Source: Squalus acanthias
Lineage: Eukaryota
Assembly: GCA_030390025.1 (NCBI GenBank)
Contig: CM059432.1
Location: forward strand, 10,664,001 to 10,728,000
Direction of reading: 5' to 3'
Length of the DNA stretch: 64,000 nucleotides
The position numbers and the translations under genes are program-made. Below, one piece after another: positions 43,370 through 53,687 of the stretch. Under the pieces are notes generated by a model. The model saw only the letters and a list, made by a program, of their open reading frames with translations. It did no database searches and was not told the DNA's origin. Each line of letters starts with the position of its first letter. Within the stretch, counting starts at the first letter, position 1.

Positions 43370-43690
43370 CAGGGCAATTTTTTGAAAAAAATAATTAAAG
43401 TTTTTTACAGGGCTAAAAATAAACTTACATTTTTTTAAAGTATTTTTAAATGATTTTTACTTTTTTTCAACTCTTATCCTGGTAAAAGCAGGGTCTCTAA
43501 AAAGCGGATCTATCCGCCCGCAGAGGCCCTTCTCCCGGGCAGCCGAAGGATCTGTCAAGATCATTTTTGATCGATCGGAAATGCCAGTTTTCAGCACATG
43601 CGCTATGCATGCCTGAAACCGGCATTTCCGATGTCCCTACGGGTGGGTACACAGCGCGTACCCACCCGTAGGGATCGGAATATCTGGGCC
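43370..43690. mobile_element. Partial inverted copy of the 18352 MITE
   Basis: The reverse complement matches the left part of the 18352 element. Confidence 0.75.
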
Positions 43691-43698
43691 AATAGGAG

Positions 43699-43779
43699 CA
43701 ATGTTCCCCCTAAGGTGCGCGGCCGCGCTGGGAATTTAAAGGGACCGCGCACGAAAAAGCAACATTAGAGGTAACATTG
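43699..43779. mobile_element. 81-bp hAT-type MITE
   Basis: 15-bp TIRs (CAATGTTCCCCCTAA versus CAATGTTACCTCTAA) and a perfect 8-bp TSD, AATAGGAG. Confidence 0.85.
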
Positions 43780-44339
43780 AATAGGAGCCAATAATAATCA
43801 GCCAACCGGTTCAGTGCTAAGTGCGCCAGGTGACCTGCCAACTCAGCATGAAAGAATGCAGTGGGATCCAAAACAGGCAGCCTATATCCAGCCAGCCATC
43901 CACTGATCTCCGCCCCCCCACTAAAGAGATCGAGGAAGAGGAAATCCCAGCAGATCCAGGCACAATAATGTGCTGAAACTGGTGCAGGCTGCTCCTACTT
44001 CCAGCCCACAACGGTCACCGTCAACTTCCTCCCCAACCTAAGCGAGTCAAAAACTACCAGCAACCCTCTCGCCAAGAAATACCCAGGCTGTCTGCCGGTG
44101 AGCAGCTGACCACACAATACTGACCAATAAAGCGCAAGCACGGACCAAATCAAAGCCTCTGCAAGCAAGCATTACCCAAACCATGAGATATCGTTTACCC
44201 CAAAGCACACTCAGGGCCAGTTGAAAGAAATCCAAGACGTAACAAGCTCAACAGCTAGCTAACATTCCCAGAATATCTCCCAGTCTCTAGGAGCTCACGG
44301 CCTTTGATGCCAAACCATCGCCCACAACAAAACAACCAA

Positions 44340-45650
44340 ACTCAGGGCAGAACTTAAGCAGAACTTTTTGCTACCTTGACCCGAGATCAACAAACTCAAC
44401 AGTATCTTTAAGAATGCCATTGGCATATTACAGACGCAGCTCTGCAAACTCCACATGGTCCACACTCAGACTGAGCACTGCGAGGAGGAGCTAGAGGATT
44501 GTTTCACTGAAGATGATGGAAGTCTATTGGAACTAAGAGCACAAGGGGTAGAAATTAGGTCGCGCCCCATTTGGGGCGCAAATATCGTCCGGACGCAAAT
44601 ATTAGCGCCTGGCGCTAATTATCGGCACTGACGGGAAACTTCACTTTTACCGCCCCGGGAGGTGAGTGGAGCGCTAAAGCAGGGGCTGCACACCTCTCTT
44701 AAGGCGCAAAGGCCGAGCAGTGAGGCGCTAACTCGGAGCGCTGGCGAAGCTCATGTAATGTCAGTCAGCAATGGAACACACACACAATGGCACGGGCCAG
44801 TTCTTAAAGGGGATGGTTAATCTTGCTTTCCATCCACATCCTGTTCATTGCTGCCTTGAATCTCAGCCTGGAGAGACTTGCACATCAAATGTGCTAGAAA
44901 GAACAATGGAGAGCACCAGGCAAAGAGCTCAGAGTGCAGCTCCCACGGTCTCTGCTAAATCGATACAAGGAATGGCAAATCAAAATGAACCTGCAAAGTG
45001 CTGCTCAGTACCCAAAACTCCTTCACACAACGTTGAATCTCTCCAGAAGTCTCTCCCTCTCTCTCTCAGAATGCGTAGTTCAAAAATGCCACCAACAATA
45101 AAAGACAGGAAGAGGCCCCCTTTAAATAGCGCCCCCCCCCAGCCCCACAGCGATTGATAGCGATCCAGTCTTCTGGTCGTTGGAAGCGCCAGGCGGTAAG
45201 GCAGGGGGCGCCACTCAATTTCCGCTACGGGGCGCCCCAAGGGCGTTGCACCATGGAATGACGTCACAATCTGCGCGCGCAGGTGGTCGCAGCGGTAAGT
45301 TTTAGCGCCGCCGCACAATCTCAAGTTAAGTTCTCGAGCGGCGCAAACATCGCTGCGCCCGGGCGTTAGCGGCTTTGCGCCCCATTAGCGCCCTCTTAAG
45401 GTGCTAACGGGTGGCGCAACCAAGTGAATTTTTACCCCCAAGTGTCCTAACTCTTGGCCAGAGACCAGAACTTAACAGCAAAGATAGATGACTTTGACAA
45501 CTGAGGACATCACAACACTATTTGCAATTTTCAGAAAGCTGGAAAAAGCTAAATCCATCTCTTTTATCCAGAACACCCTCTGTTTGACAGTAAAATGGAA
45601 CTAACACTGCACATAGCTGACACAGAGTGGTGAATTGGCTGCTCCATCCT
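44340..45650 (+). pseudogene. Possible very decayed L1-like ORF1 remnant split by the 44545-45438 element
   Basis: Coiled-coil-like text followed by LTAKIDDFDN*GHHNTI, weakly resembling L..K.DDLENRSRRNN. Confidence 0.3.
44545..45438. mobile_element. PIF/Harbinger-like non-autonomous element
   Basis: TIRs GGGGTAGAAATT / AATTTTTACCCC; 3-bp TSD CAA; CpG-rich subterminal GCGCC repeats. Confidence 0.8.
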
Positions 45651-45709
45651 TATCAAGGGCTGAATATCTGGTGAGCTGCAGGCATAGAAAGGATACTGTG
45701 CTTCTTCTT

Positions 45710-46105
45710 CTTAGGCAGTCCCTCGGAACCGAGGATGACTTGCTTCCACACTAAAAATGAGTTCTCAGGTGACTGATGAGTCCAATGCGGGACCTACAGT
45801 CTCTGTCACAGGTGGGGCAGACGGTGGTTGAAGGGGCGGGTGGGTGGGGTGCTTGGGTTGACGTGCGCTCCTTCCGCTGTTTGCGCTTGGCTTCCGCTTG
45901 CTCCCGGTGAAGAGACTCGAGGTGTTCGGCGCCTTCCCGGATGCTTCTCCTCCACTTTGAGCGGTCTTGGGCCAGGGATTCCCAGTTGTCGGAGGGGATG
46001 TTGCACTTTTTCAAGGAGGCTTTGAGGGTGTCCTTGAAGCGTTTCCTCTGCCCACCTGGGGCTCTCTTGCCATGTCGGAGCTCCGAGTAGAGCGCTTGCT
46101 TTGGG
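45710..46105 (-). mobile_element. RTE-clade LINE 3' fragment
   Basis: ORF 45751..46014; AAG-repeat tail. Confidence 0.85.
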
Positions 46106-47157
46106 AGGGATACTGTGCTATACCAGGACTAACTATAGTGAACATAGAGAGAAACCTAGGAAGCTTCTTGAGCACACACTGCAAACAGCAGCAAAAACAG
46201 AGACGTCACATCAGTTCACACAGCAACTGGTGAGACCACCAGCATCCGATCTAAATCAATAAGGACCTCAGAGGTTCAAGCTGCACAGCAGGAAATGAAG
46301 GGCATCTAGCTGCCTTCTCACACCTTCCACTGCCAGAGGAGAGCGCGCACAAGGTAGATGTTCCAATCTCAGCCAATGAAATCCAAAAAGCAGTCAAAAC
46401 CTGCATTCTGGCATAGTCCCAGGGCCAGCTGGATATCCGGCAGAATTTTAAAATCTATTCCACCTGCTGATGAGGATCTTCCACCACATGTTGGAGATAA
46501 GCAATCGAGCAGAGGTGCAATCTTAAATAGCAATAGGCAGGGAGGCAGCCGAGGATACACCTACAGCAGCTATACTTCCCAAGAGAGAAGGCAGCTGAGC
46601 CCCCACTCGTCAGTGCTGGCCAGTACAGCGACAAGAGATGACCACCTGGAGCAAGGACCTCGCCTAAAACATGGGCAATGCAGCACCTGACCGACCCCAC
46701 TGTGCCCCTCCCCATCTCAGATCCTCAGAAAAGACTAGTTGACTTCATTGGAAAGTAAAATCAGGCAGGGTGTAAACATAAGAACATAAGAACATAAGAA
46801 ATAGGAGCAGGAGTAGGCCAATCGGCCCCTCGAGCCTGCTCCGCCATTCAATAAGATCATGGCTGATCTGATCCTAACCGCCAATCTACTATCTACTATC
46901 ACAGAACCATCTCCTGCATCTAACAGAATTGCACACACGAAATAGGAGCAGAATCAGGCTACACGGTCCCTGGGCCCGCTCCACTACCCACAGGGCCATG
47001 ACCGATCCGAACCTAGACTCATGTCCAAATTCCTGCCCGCTCCCCGTAACCCTTAATGCCCTTTACTTCTAAAACAGGCAGTCGATCGATCCTGTCAGGT
47101 ATCCCCCCGGATGGGTTAGGTTAAAATTACCTCCATGGACAAAAAAAACTTGTAGCT

Positions 47158-47945
47158 CATAAGAACATATGAAATAGGAGCAGGAGCAGGCCGTATGGCC
47201 CCTTTGAGCCTGCTCCGCCATTCAATAAGATCATGGATGATCTTTGACCTCAACTCCCTTGATTCCCCAAGAGTCCAAAAATCTATCGCTCGCAGCTTTG
47301 AATATACTCAACGACTCAGCATTCACAGCCCTCTGGGGCAGAGAATTCCAAAGATTAGCATCCCTCTGAGTGAAGAAATTCCTCCTCATCTCAGTCTTAA
47401 ATGGCCGACCCCTTATCCTGAGACTATGCCCCCTAGTTCTAGACACTCCAGCCCAGGGGAAACAACCTCTCAGCATCTACCCTGTCAATCCCCCTCAGAA
47501 TCTTATATGTTTCAATGAGATCACCTCTCATTCTTCTAAACTCCAGAGAGGGGCAACACGGTGGCATAGTGGTTAGCACTGTTGCCTCACAGCGCCAGGG
47601 ACCCGGGTTCGAATCCGGCCTCGGTTGACTGTCTGTGTGGAGTTTGCACATTCTCCCCATGTCTGCGTGGGTTTCCTCCCACAGTCGAAAGATGTGTGGG
47701 TTAGGTTGATTTGGCTATGATAAATTGACCCTTAAATACGTGGGGTTACGGGGATAGGGTGGGATATGTGTCGGTGCAGGCTCGATTTGCCGAAATGGCC
47801 TCTATCTGCACTGTGGGGATTCTGTGATTCTGTGAGAGTATGGGCCCAATCTACTCAATCTCTCCTCATTGGACAACCCTCTCATCCCAGGGATCAATCT
47901 AGTGAACCTTCATTGCACCGCCTCAAAGGCAAGTATATCCTTCCT
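47158..47945 (-). mobile_element. CR1 3' fragment interrupted by a V-SINE
   Basis: ORF 47231..47476; CR1 sequence resumes after 47833. Confidence 0.88.
47551..47833 (+). mobile_element. tRNA-derived V-SINE (HE1-like)
   Basis: A box TGGCATAGTGG; B box GGTTCGAATCC; V-domain GTGTGGAGTTTGCACATTCTCCCC..GTCTGCGTGGGTTTCCTCC; CR1-like tail; GAGAG on both flanks. Confidence 0.88.
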
Positions 47946-49464
47946 TCGGACATCTTCCAAGCAGAGCAGATGATGCCCAGATTGCACGTGGAGTTAGGAA
48001 AGTACCAAGCTTGAATCCCTAATGTGTTACAATCGGCATCTGGAATTTCCGTGGGGCTTCTCCCAATCTCCTATCATAACCACGGTAGAAGATTGGCGCA
48101 AACCCCGGCGAATAGCCGTTTATTCAGTTTCTGCAAGGTCTCCGCTGATCTTGCACTAAAAGTACGGCGGTAGATTGGGAAAACTTCATGAAAATTCTAC
48201 CATCTAGTGAGTCTGTGCGCTGGGAGTGTATGCTCACTATATTGGTATGGTTTTTATTGGTATCTTGCCACACCACGTGTTATATTTGGACCTTTTATAT
48301 TTCAGAAAAAGACTTGTCTAAAACATGTTGGGGTCGAATTTCTACAGGGGTTCTCCTGAGCTCCTGCCATAACTTTGGTGAAAGATTGGCAGAGATCCTG
48401 GTGAATGGAGTGCGATGGAATACTCTCCACTTACTGCATGAGTTGCAGCTCCAACAACACTCAAGAAGCTCGACACCATCCAGGACAAAGCTGCCCACTT
48501 GATTGGCACCCCATCCACCACCTTAAACATTCACTCCCGCCACCACTGGTGCACCGTGGCTGCAGTGTGTAACATCTACAAGATGCACTGCAGCAACTCG
48601 CCAAGGCTTCTTCGGCAGCATCTCCCAAACCCGTGACCTCTTCCACCTAAAAGGACAAGGGCAGCGGGTGCATGGGAACACCACCATCTGCAAGCTCCCC
48701 TCCAAGTCGCACGCCTTCCTGACTTGGAAATATATCGGCCGTTCCTTCATCATCGCTGGGTTAAAATCCTGGAATTCCCTCCCGAACAGCACTGTGGGAG
48801 TACCTTCACCACACGGACTGCAGCGGTTCAAGAAGGCGGCTCACCACCACCTTCTCAAGGGCAACTAGGGATGGGCAATAAATGCTGGCCACACCAGTGA
48901 TGCCCACATCCCATGAACGAATTAAAAAATGAAATGGCATAAGTGACCGTACATTCCGTCTGGCCAGGGTTAGCACCGATCGTTTGTCGAAGTGAAGAGA
49001 TTGGGAGAACCCCTGTAGAAAATCTACCACACTGTCTATGCCCACAAAATACGGCACTCCTTTTAAACGCTGAAAACTCACAATCTCATGGATTCGGCAG
49101 ATGTCCTACATAATGATGGCACGAGGAACCTGGGGGCGCAGGTTGAAATTGGTCTTTGACAGTAACGCAAAGCAGGCAATAGCGAATCGCCAGTCTGTTT
49201 TACACAATGGAAAAGGAAGTCGGGCGGGGTGTAAAACGGGCTGCCTATTTGCTAGCACCCATTTTGTGCCATTGCCCAAGACCAATTTCACACACACCCA
49301 CCCCCCCCCCACCCCCACACCTCCACCCCGCCTCCCCATTGTATCAGAAATTAAGATATGTCAGAGAGCCTTTTAAAGTATTGACCCAGAATTTGCAGTG
49401 AGTAATAGCAGCAAACGAACAGCGCTCACTGTTATTACCCCTTTGAAACTGACCGCAACTTCAG

Positions 49465-50054
49465 GGACCTGGGTGTCCGTGTACATGAGTCACTGAAAGC
49501 GAATGTGCAGGTGCAGCAAGCCATTAGGAAGGCAAATGGTATGCTGGCCTTCATTACAAGAGGATTTGAGTACAGGAGTAAAGAAGTCTTACTCCAATTA
49601 TATAGGACCTTGGTGAGACCACACCTGGAGTACTGTGTACAATTTTGGTCTCCTTACCTAAGGAAGGATTTACTTGCCATAGAGGGAGTGCAACGAAGGT
49701 TCACAAGATTGATTCCTGAGATGGCGGGACTGTCGTATGAGAAGAGATTGAGTAAACTAGGCCTGTATTCTCTTGAATTCAGAAGAATGAGAGGGGATCT
49801 CATTGCAGCATACAAAATTATTACAGGGCTTGATAGGGTGGATGCTGGGAGAATGTTTCCCTTGGCTGGGGAGTCTAGAACCGGGGCCACAGCCTCAGGT
49901 TAAAGGGTAGGCCATTCAGGACTGAGATGAGAAGAAATTTCTTCACACAGAGGGTGGTGAATCTTTGGAATTCTCTACCCCAGAGGGCTGTGGAGACTCA
50001 GCCATTGGGTATATTCAAAACAGAAGTCGATAGATTTCTGACTAGTAAGGGCAT
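49465..50054 (+). mobile_element. CR1 3' fragment hosting the provirus; continues at 57309-57432
   Basis: ORF 49505..49903 (LVRPHLEYCVQFWSP); the CR1 tail resumes exactly after the GCAT TSD. Confidence 0.93.
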
Positions 50055-50626
50055 TGTGGAAATAAAATGGAGGAGTCACCATGTGTAAGAGATAGTGGTC
50101 ATAGGTAACCTCATCAGACACGGGTGAGGTCACTACAGACGCCAGTTAACAAACAATGGGACAAATTGTAGAATAGGATAAACTAATCATCAGGGCACAG
50201 ACCGAACATCTAAAAGGAACAAATGTGTAACCAAAGAGATGGGACAGATTATAGAATAGTATAAACCAGGAGGGAAAACCCCAGATAGCAGCGAGAACAT
50301 GGCAGCGAGAACCTGGCAGCGAGAACCTAGGAGCAACACTCGACAGCAGGGACCTGGTGACAGAAACCCTACGTAGAGGTTTGGACAGAGATTGATCACC
50401 TCGGACCAAATCGGGTAATATCGATATAAGTTGTGAGTCTTATATTTTGGAATTGTACTTTAAACTACGAACGGTGTTTGTTAAGCATTTATTAAAGATA
50501 AATCTTTGTACGCGAAATCTGTTGCATGTGTGTTTGTTCAGACCAAACTTACATTTGAACCCTAAAAGGAAAAATTGCGAACCTATTTGTTCGATCTTTC
50601 GAACATCTAGCGAATTCGGAGCAACA
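50055..50626 (+). repeat. 5' LTR (572 bp)
   Basis: Direct repeat of 56737-57308 with about 7 substitutions counted by eye; TATAAA near 50260; three 12-bp GCAGCGAGAAC repeats near 50288-50328; ATTAAA near 50491. Confidence 0.97.
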
Positions 50627-50628
50627 AT

Positions 50629-50647
50629 TGGCGGACCCAGATGGGAC
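50629..50647 (+). promoter_or_regulatory. Primer-binding site, tRNA-Arg(CCG)-type
   Basis: TGGCGGACCCAGATGGGAC, 2 nt after the LTR. Matches the complement of the vertebrate tRNA-Arg(CCG) 3' end as I recall it (TGGCGACCCAGATGGGAC), with one extra G. Confidence 0.8.
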
Positions 50648-50814
50648 TTTAGAACTTTGTTTTGGACAAAATATACCACAGTAAGGGGCTGAACAAGTGA
50701 CAGACAATATCTGTTAGAGTCGGATAAGGTATATCTGTTAGAGTCGGATAAGGTATAACAGTAAGGGTCTGAACAATATCTGTTAGAGTCAGATAAGGTT
50801 TTAAAGCAGTAACT

Positions 50815-52600
50815 ATGGTGGAACATGACGCGTCTAAAGGGGAGACCTCCCAGGATTGGGAAGAACAGTTTAACCAGTTAATGGTAGGAAAATATAAGGA
50901 CTGGGCGGTGACGATCGCCGGTCCAAGTTTCAAAGGAGGTCAGACCTTCTTTGAGCACAATAATAAAAAGGGAAAAATGAAACGAAAAAACTTTAAATAT
51001 TTTCTGATGGCAGCCTGTTACTCCGAACTAATGAGCGAGCGAGCATGAACACACAGTCAGGGTCAGACCCAAAACCAATTGCAGTCTGATTTAGACCAGC
51101 TCCGGAATCAGGTTAAAAATTTGCAAAAGGAAAATGAGGAATTACGTAGTGATCAAAGATTGCACCCTCTCCATGTGGCCTCCAGTGTGACTGCAGTCGA
51201 AGCAAGTCATCAAAAATTACACCGAATGCAGGAACAACTAGGCGAGTCCACAAGGGACTGCTGTGCCCTAGAGGAAAAATGTCAGGATTTGGAATCAGCC
51301 CTCAAGGTCATACAACAGTCTCACCAGCGGGAAAAATACGATAAAACGAATCATACCCACTGTCGTCAAGAAATAGAAGTATTAAAGTCACAATTATCCT
51401 CACACAAAGGCATAATATGCACTTTCTCCGACGGAAGCGGAGAGGGTATCGACTACTCAAGTCTGGCCAAGGCGCCCCAGAACTATGAGAGGGACCGATC
51501 AGGAGAAGGGGACTACGGCCCCCCCGACCCGTCATGGTACAATCCCCCGCCACCCTATAGAAATAATAAAGGTCCTACTGCCCCAGAGGATGGGCTTGCT
51601 GCCCCAGAGGAGCCGCCACCCCCACTACCCATGAACCCTATGGTCACTGTTCGGACACAGGAAAGGACCGACGGTCAAGTGGTAGACGCTGTGCCCAACG
51701 GACCCATCAATTATGCCACCCCTTTTACTCTCTCCCAGTTGAATGATATTGCCAAAAACGTACCCAAATTCGATGGCAAGATTAATTTTGAATTATGGAA
51801 GGCCGCGGTTCTCCAGGCCTCTGAGACTCAGGGACTAGATGAGGGAGAGCTGAGGAAACTAGTGACTTTGTGTTTGGGACCCGTTATATTCGGGGCCATG
51901 CCCCAAACCCAGAGAACAGGGCAGGGCACCATAGTTGAAATGTGGATCGCCATTAAGGAGGCGGCAGGAGTTAACAGCAAGGATCCCGTTATGGAACTAG
52001 CAAACTTTAAACGAAGAACACCCCCGCACTTATGCGGAACGCTTGTGGGTGGTTTTCTGTAACCTGATGGGAACATTGAACTGCGACAATCTGGATGATG
52101 GTCCTCGTGCCACCTGGTTTAAGTCCCTCATTTCCCATGCCTCCGATTCCGGTAAAAGGGCATGTAAGCTCTTCGACCCCACCGACGACACTCATAATGA
52201 GGCCTGGATCTTAAGGCGTATGACCAGGGCTTGGCCGGACGATCAAAATCAATCCTCTCCCCAACCAAAAGATAAAATCCACGCTTTCCGCTCAGGCCCA
52301 GATAGAAATGACCCACCAGCATGGAGGACTGAGAGATCTCCAAGGTATCCGGTAGCAAACCAGGGAGATAGGGGATATGGATCACTAAGGGGACCCTGTT
52401 ATAACTGCGGAAAGACGGGACATTGGCAAAGGGAGTGTCAGGCGCCAAAAAGAAGTAACCAGTCCGCGCTGTGGGATGCTCTGGGCGAATGGCACCCTTC
52501 CATGAGCAACCGGCACTCGAGCTCGGGGGCCAACAATGACGGGGTCCAACCTCGGAGGTCGTGTGCAAGGCAGGATGTGACAATCATGGACGGCCTATAG
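50815..52600 (+). pseudogene. gag: gag (coiled coil, PPPY/PTAP late domains, capsid-like PKFDG region, CCHC zinc knuckle), disrupted
   Basis: ORFs 50815 and 51079 share a frame across one TGA (51046-48); a frameshift near 52010-52045 leads into ORF 52043; CYNCGKTGHWQREC at 52397-52438. Confidence 0.9.
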
Positions 52601-53520
52601 TCTCAGGTGTCATAGGAGGTCGCGATACCACTTTTTTATGGGACACAGGCGGATCCAGAACGTGTCTGGGAAACCAGCACCCTCTCTCGCACAACGACTT
52701 AACTAATCAAGAAATTCTCCTTAGCGGCTTTACCGGTCATGGGCAGACCGCTACAATCACTAAGCCATTGGAGATTCAATTGGGAAGTTTCAAATTTAAG
52801 CATGCCTGCCTGTCGGTGCCACAGATGCAGGGGGAATCAGCAATAATTGGTATTGACTTCATGAGAATATATAATTTGGCTTATGACCCAGCAAACCGAT
52901 GTATTTGGAGAATGTGCGAAACTTGTGTTGACGGGTTAATACCCACGGGGACATATGACGCGCGCGTATGCTGCATGAAAACTTTTACTTTTGTTCCTTC
53001 TACCATAACAGACGACCCGGAAATACAGGATATTTTAACCCAAAACTCAAATGTTTTTGCCATCCACAAACACGAGTGTGGCCGGATGGCAGGACCGGTC
53101 TCAATCATAGGACCCGATCCCCCGCCCCAGGATCAGTATAAAATTCCCGTAGAGGCAGAAAAGGACTTAGACAATATTATTCACAGTCTCTTGAATCAAG
53201 GCGTGCTCTGACCCATTGCTTCTACCAATAACTCACCCATTTGGCCCATTCAAAAACCCAATAAGTCCTGGAGAATGACTATAGATTACCGAACTTTGAA
53301 TAAGGTTACGCCTTCCGTGGCACCCACTGTTGCCACTGCCTCAGAGACCACTTCAAAACTTTCCCCAACTGCGAAAATCTTTACTGTCCTGGACATCAGT
53401 AATGGATTTTGGTCCATACCCTTAACAAAAGAATGCCAGTACAAATTTGCTTTTACTCACAAGGGACAGCAGTACACTTGGACCCGGTTGCCTCAAGGTT
53501 TCCACAACAGCCCCTCGAAC
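52561..53520 (+). pseudogene. pol: pro-pol remnant: aspartic protease plus N-terminal half of RT
   Basis: WDTGGSRTC active site (DTG at 52642-50); NSPIWPIQKPNKSWRMTIDYRTLN; LDISNGFWSIPL; YTWTRLPQGFHNSP. In-frame TGA at 53209-11. Homology ends before YxDD; no RNase H or integrase core seen. Confidence 0.93.
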
Positions 53521-53651
53521 CCCGTCTTTAATCCGACCCGTCAACTGGACTAGAAACCATCCTCTACCCCCGCCCAGTCCAGGATGACCCAAACGGTTGC
53601 GTCGGGTATCAGAAAAGATAGAACTGTAAATAAGAGCAGTTGCTACCCTGA

Positions 53652-53670
53652 TCTTTCTTTTCCTTTCTAG
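53652..53670 (+). promoter_or_regulatory. Candidate env splice acceptor
   Basis: Polypyrimidine tract TCTTTCTTTTCCTTTCTAG ending 17 nt before the env ATG at 53688. Confidence 0.7.
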
Positions 53671-53687
53671 GTAACTGATTATTGCTC

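Noticed and set aside
47551..47625. tRNA gene
   Set aside because: The tRNA-like A and B boxes are the head of a V-SINE; the same applies to SINE heads near 4200-4258 and 25560-25670.
52545..52600. Programmed -1 frameshift between gag and pro
   Set aside because: The ORFs overlap in a -1 relationship, but I see no clear slippery heptamer and this copy has other indels, so it cannot be told apart from decay.
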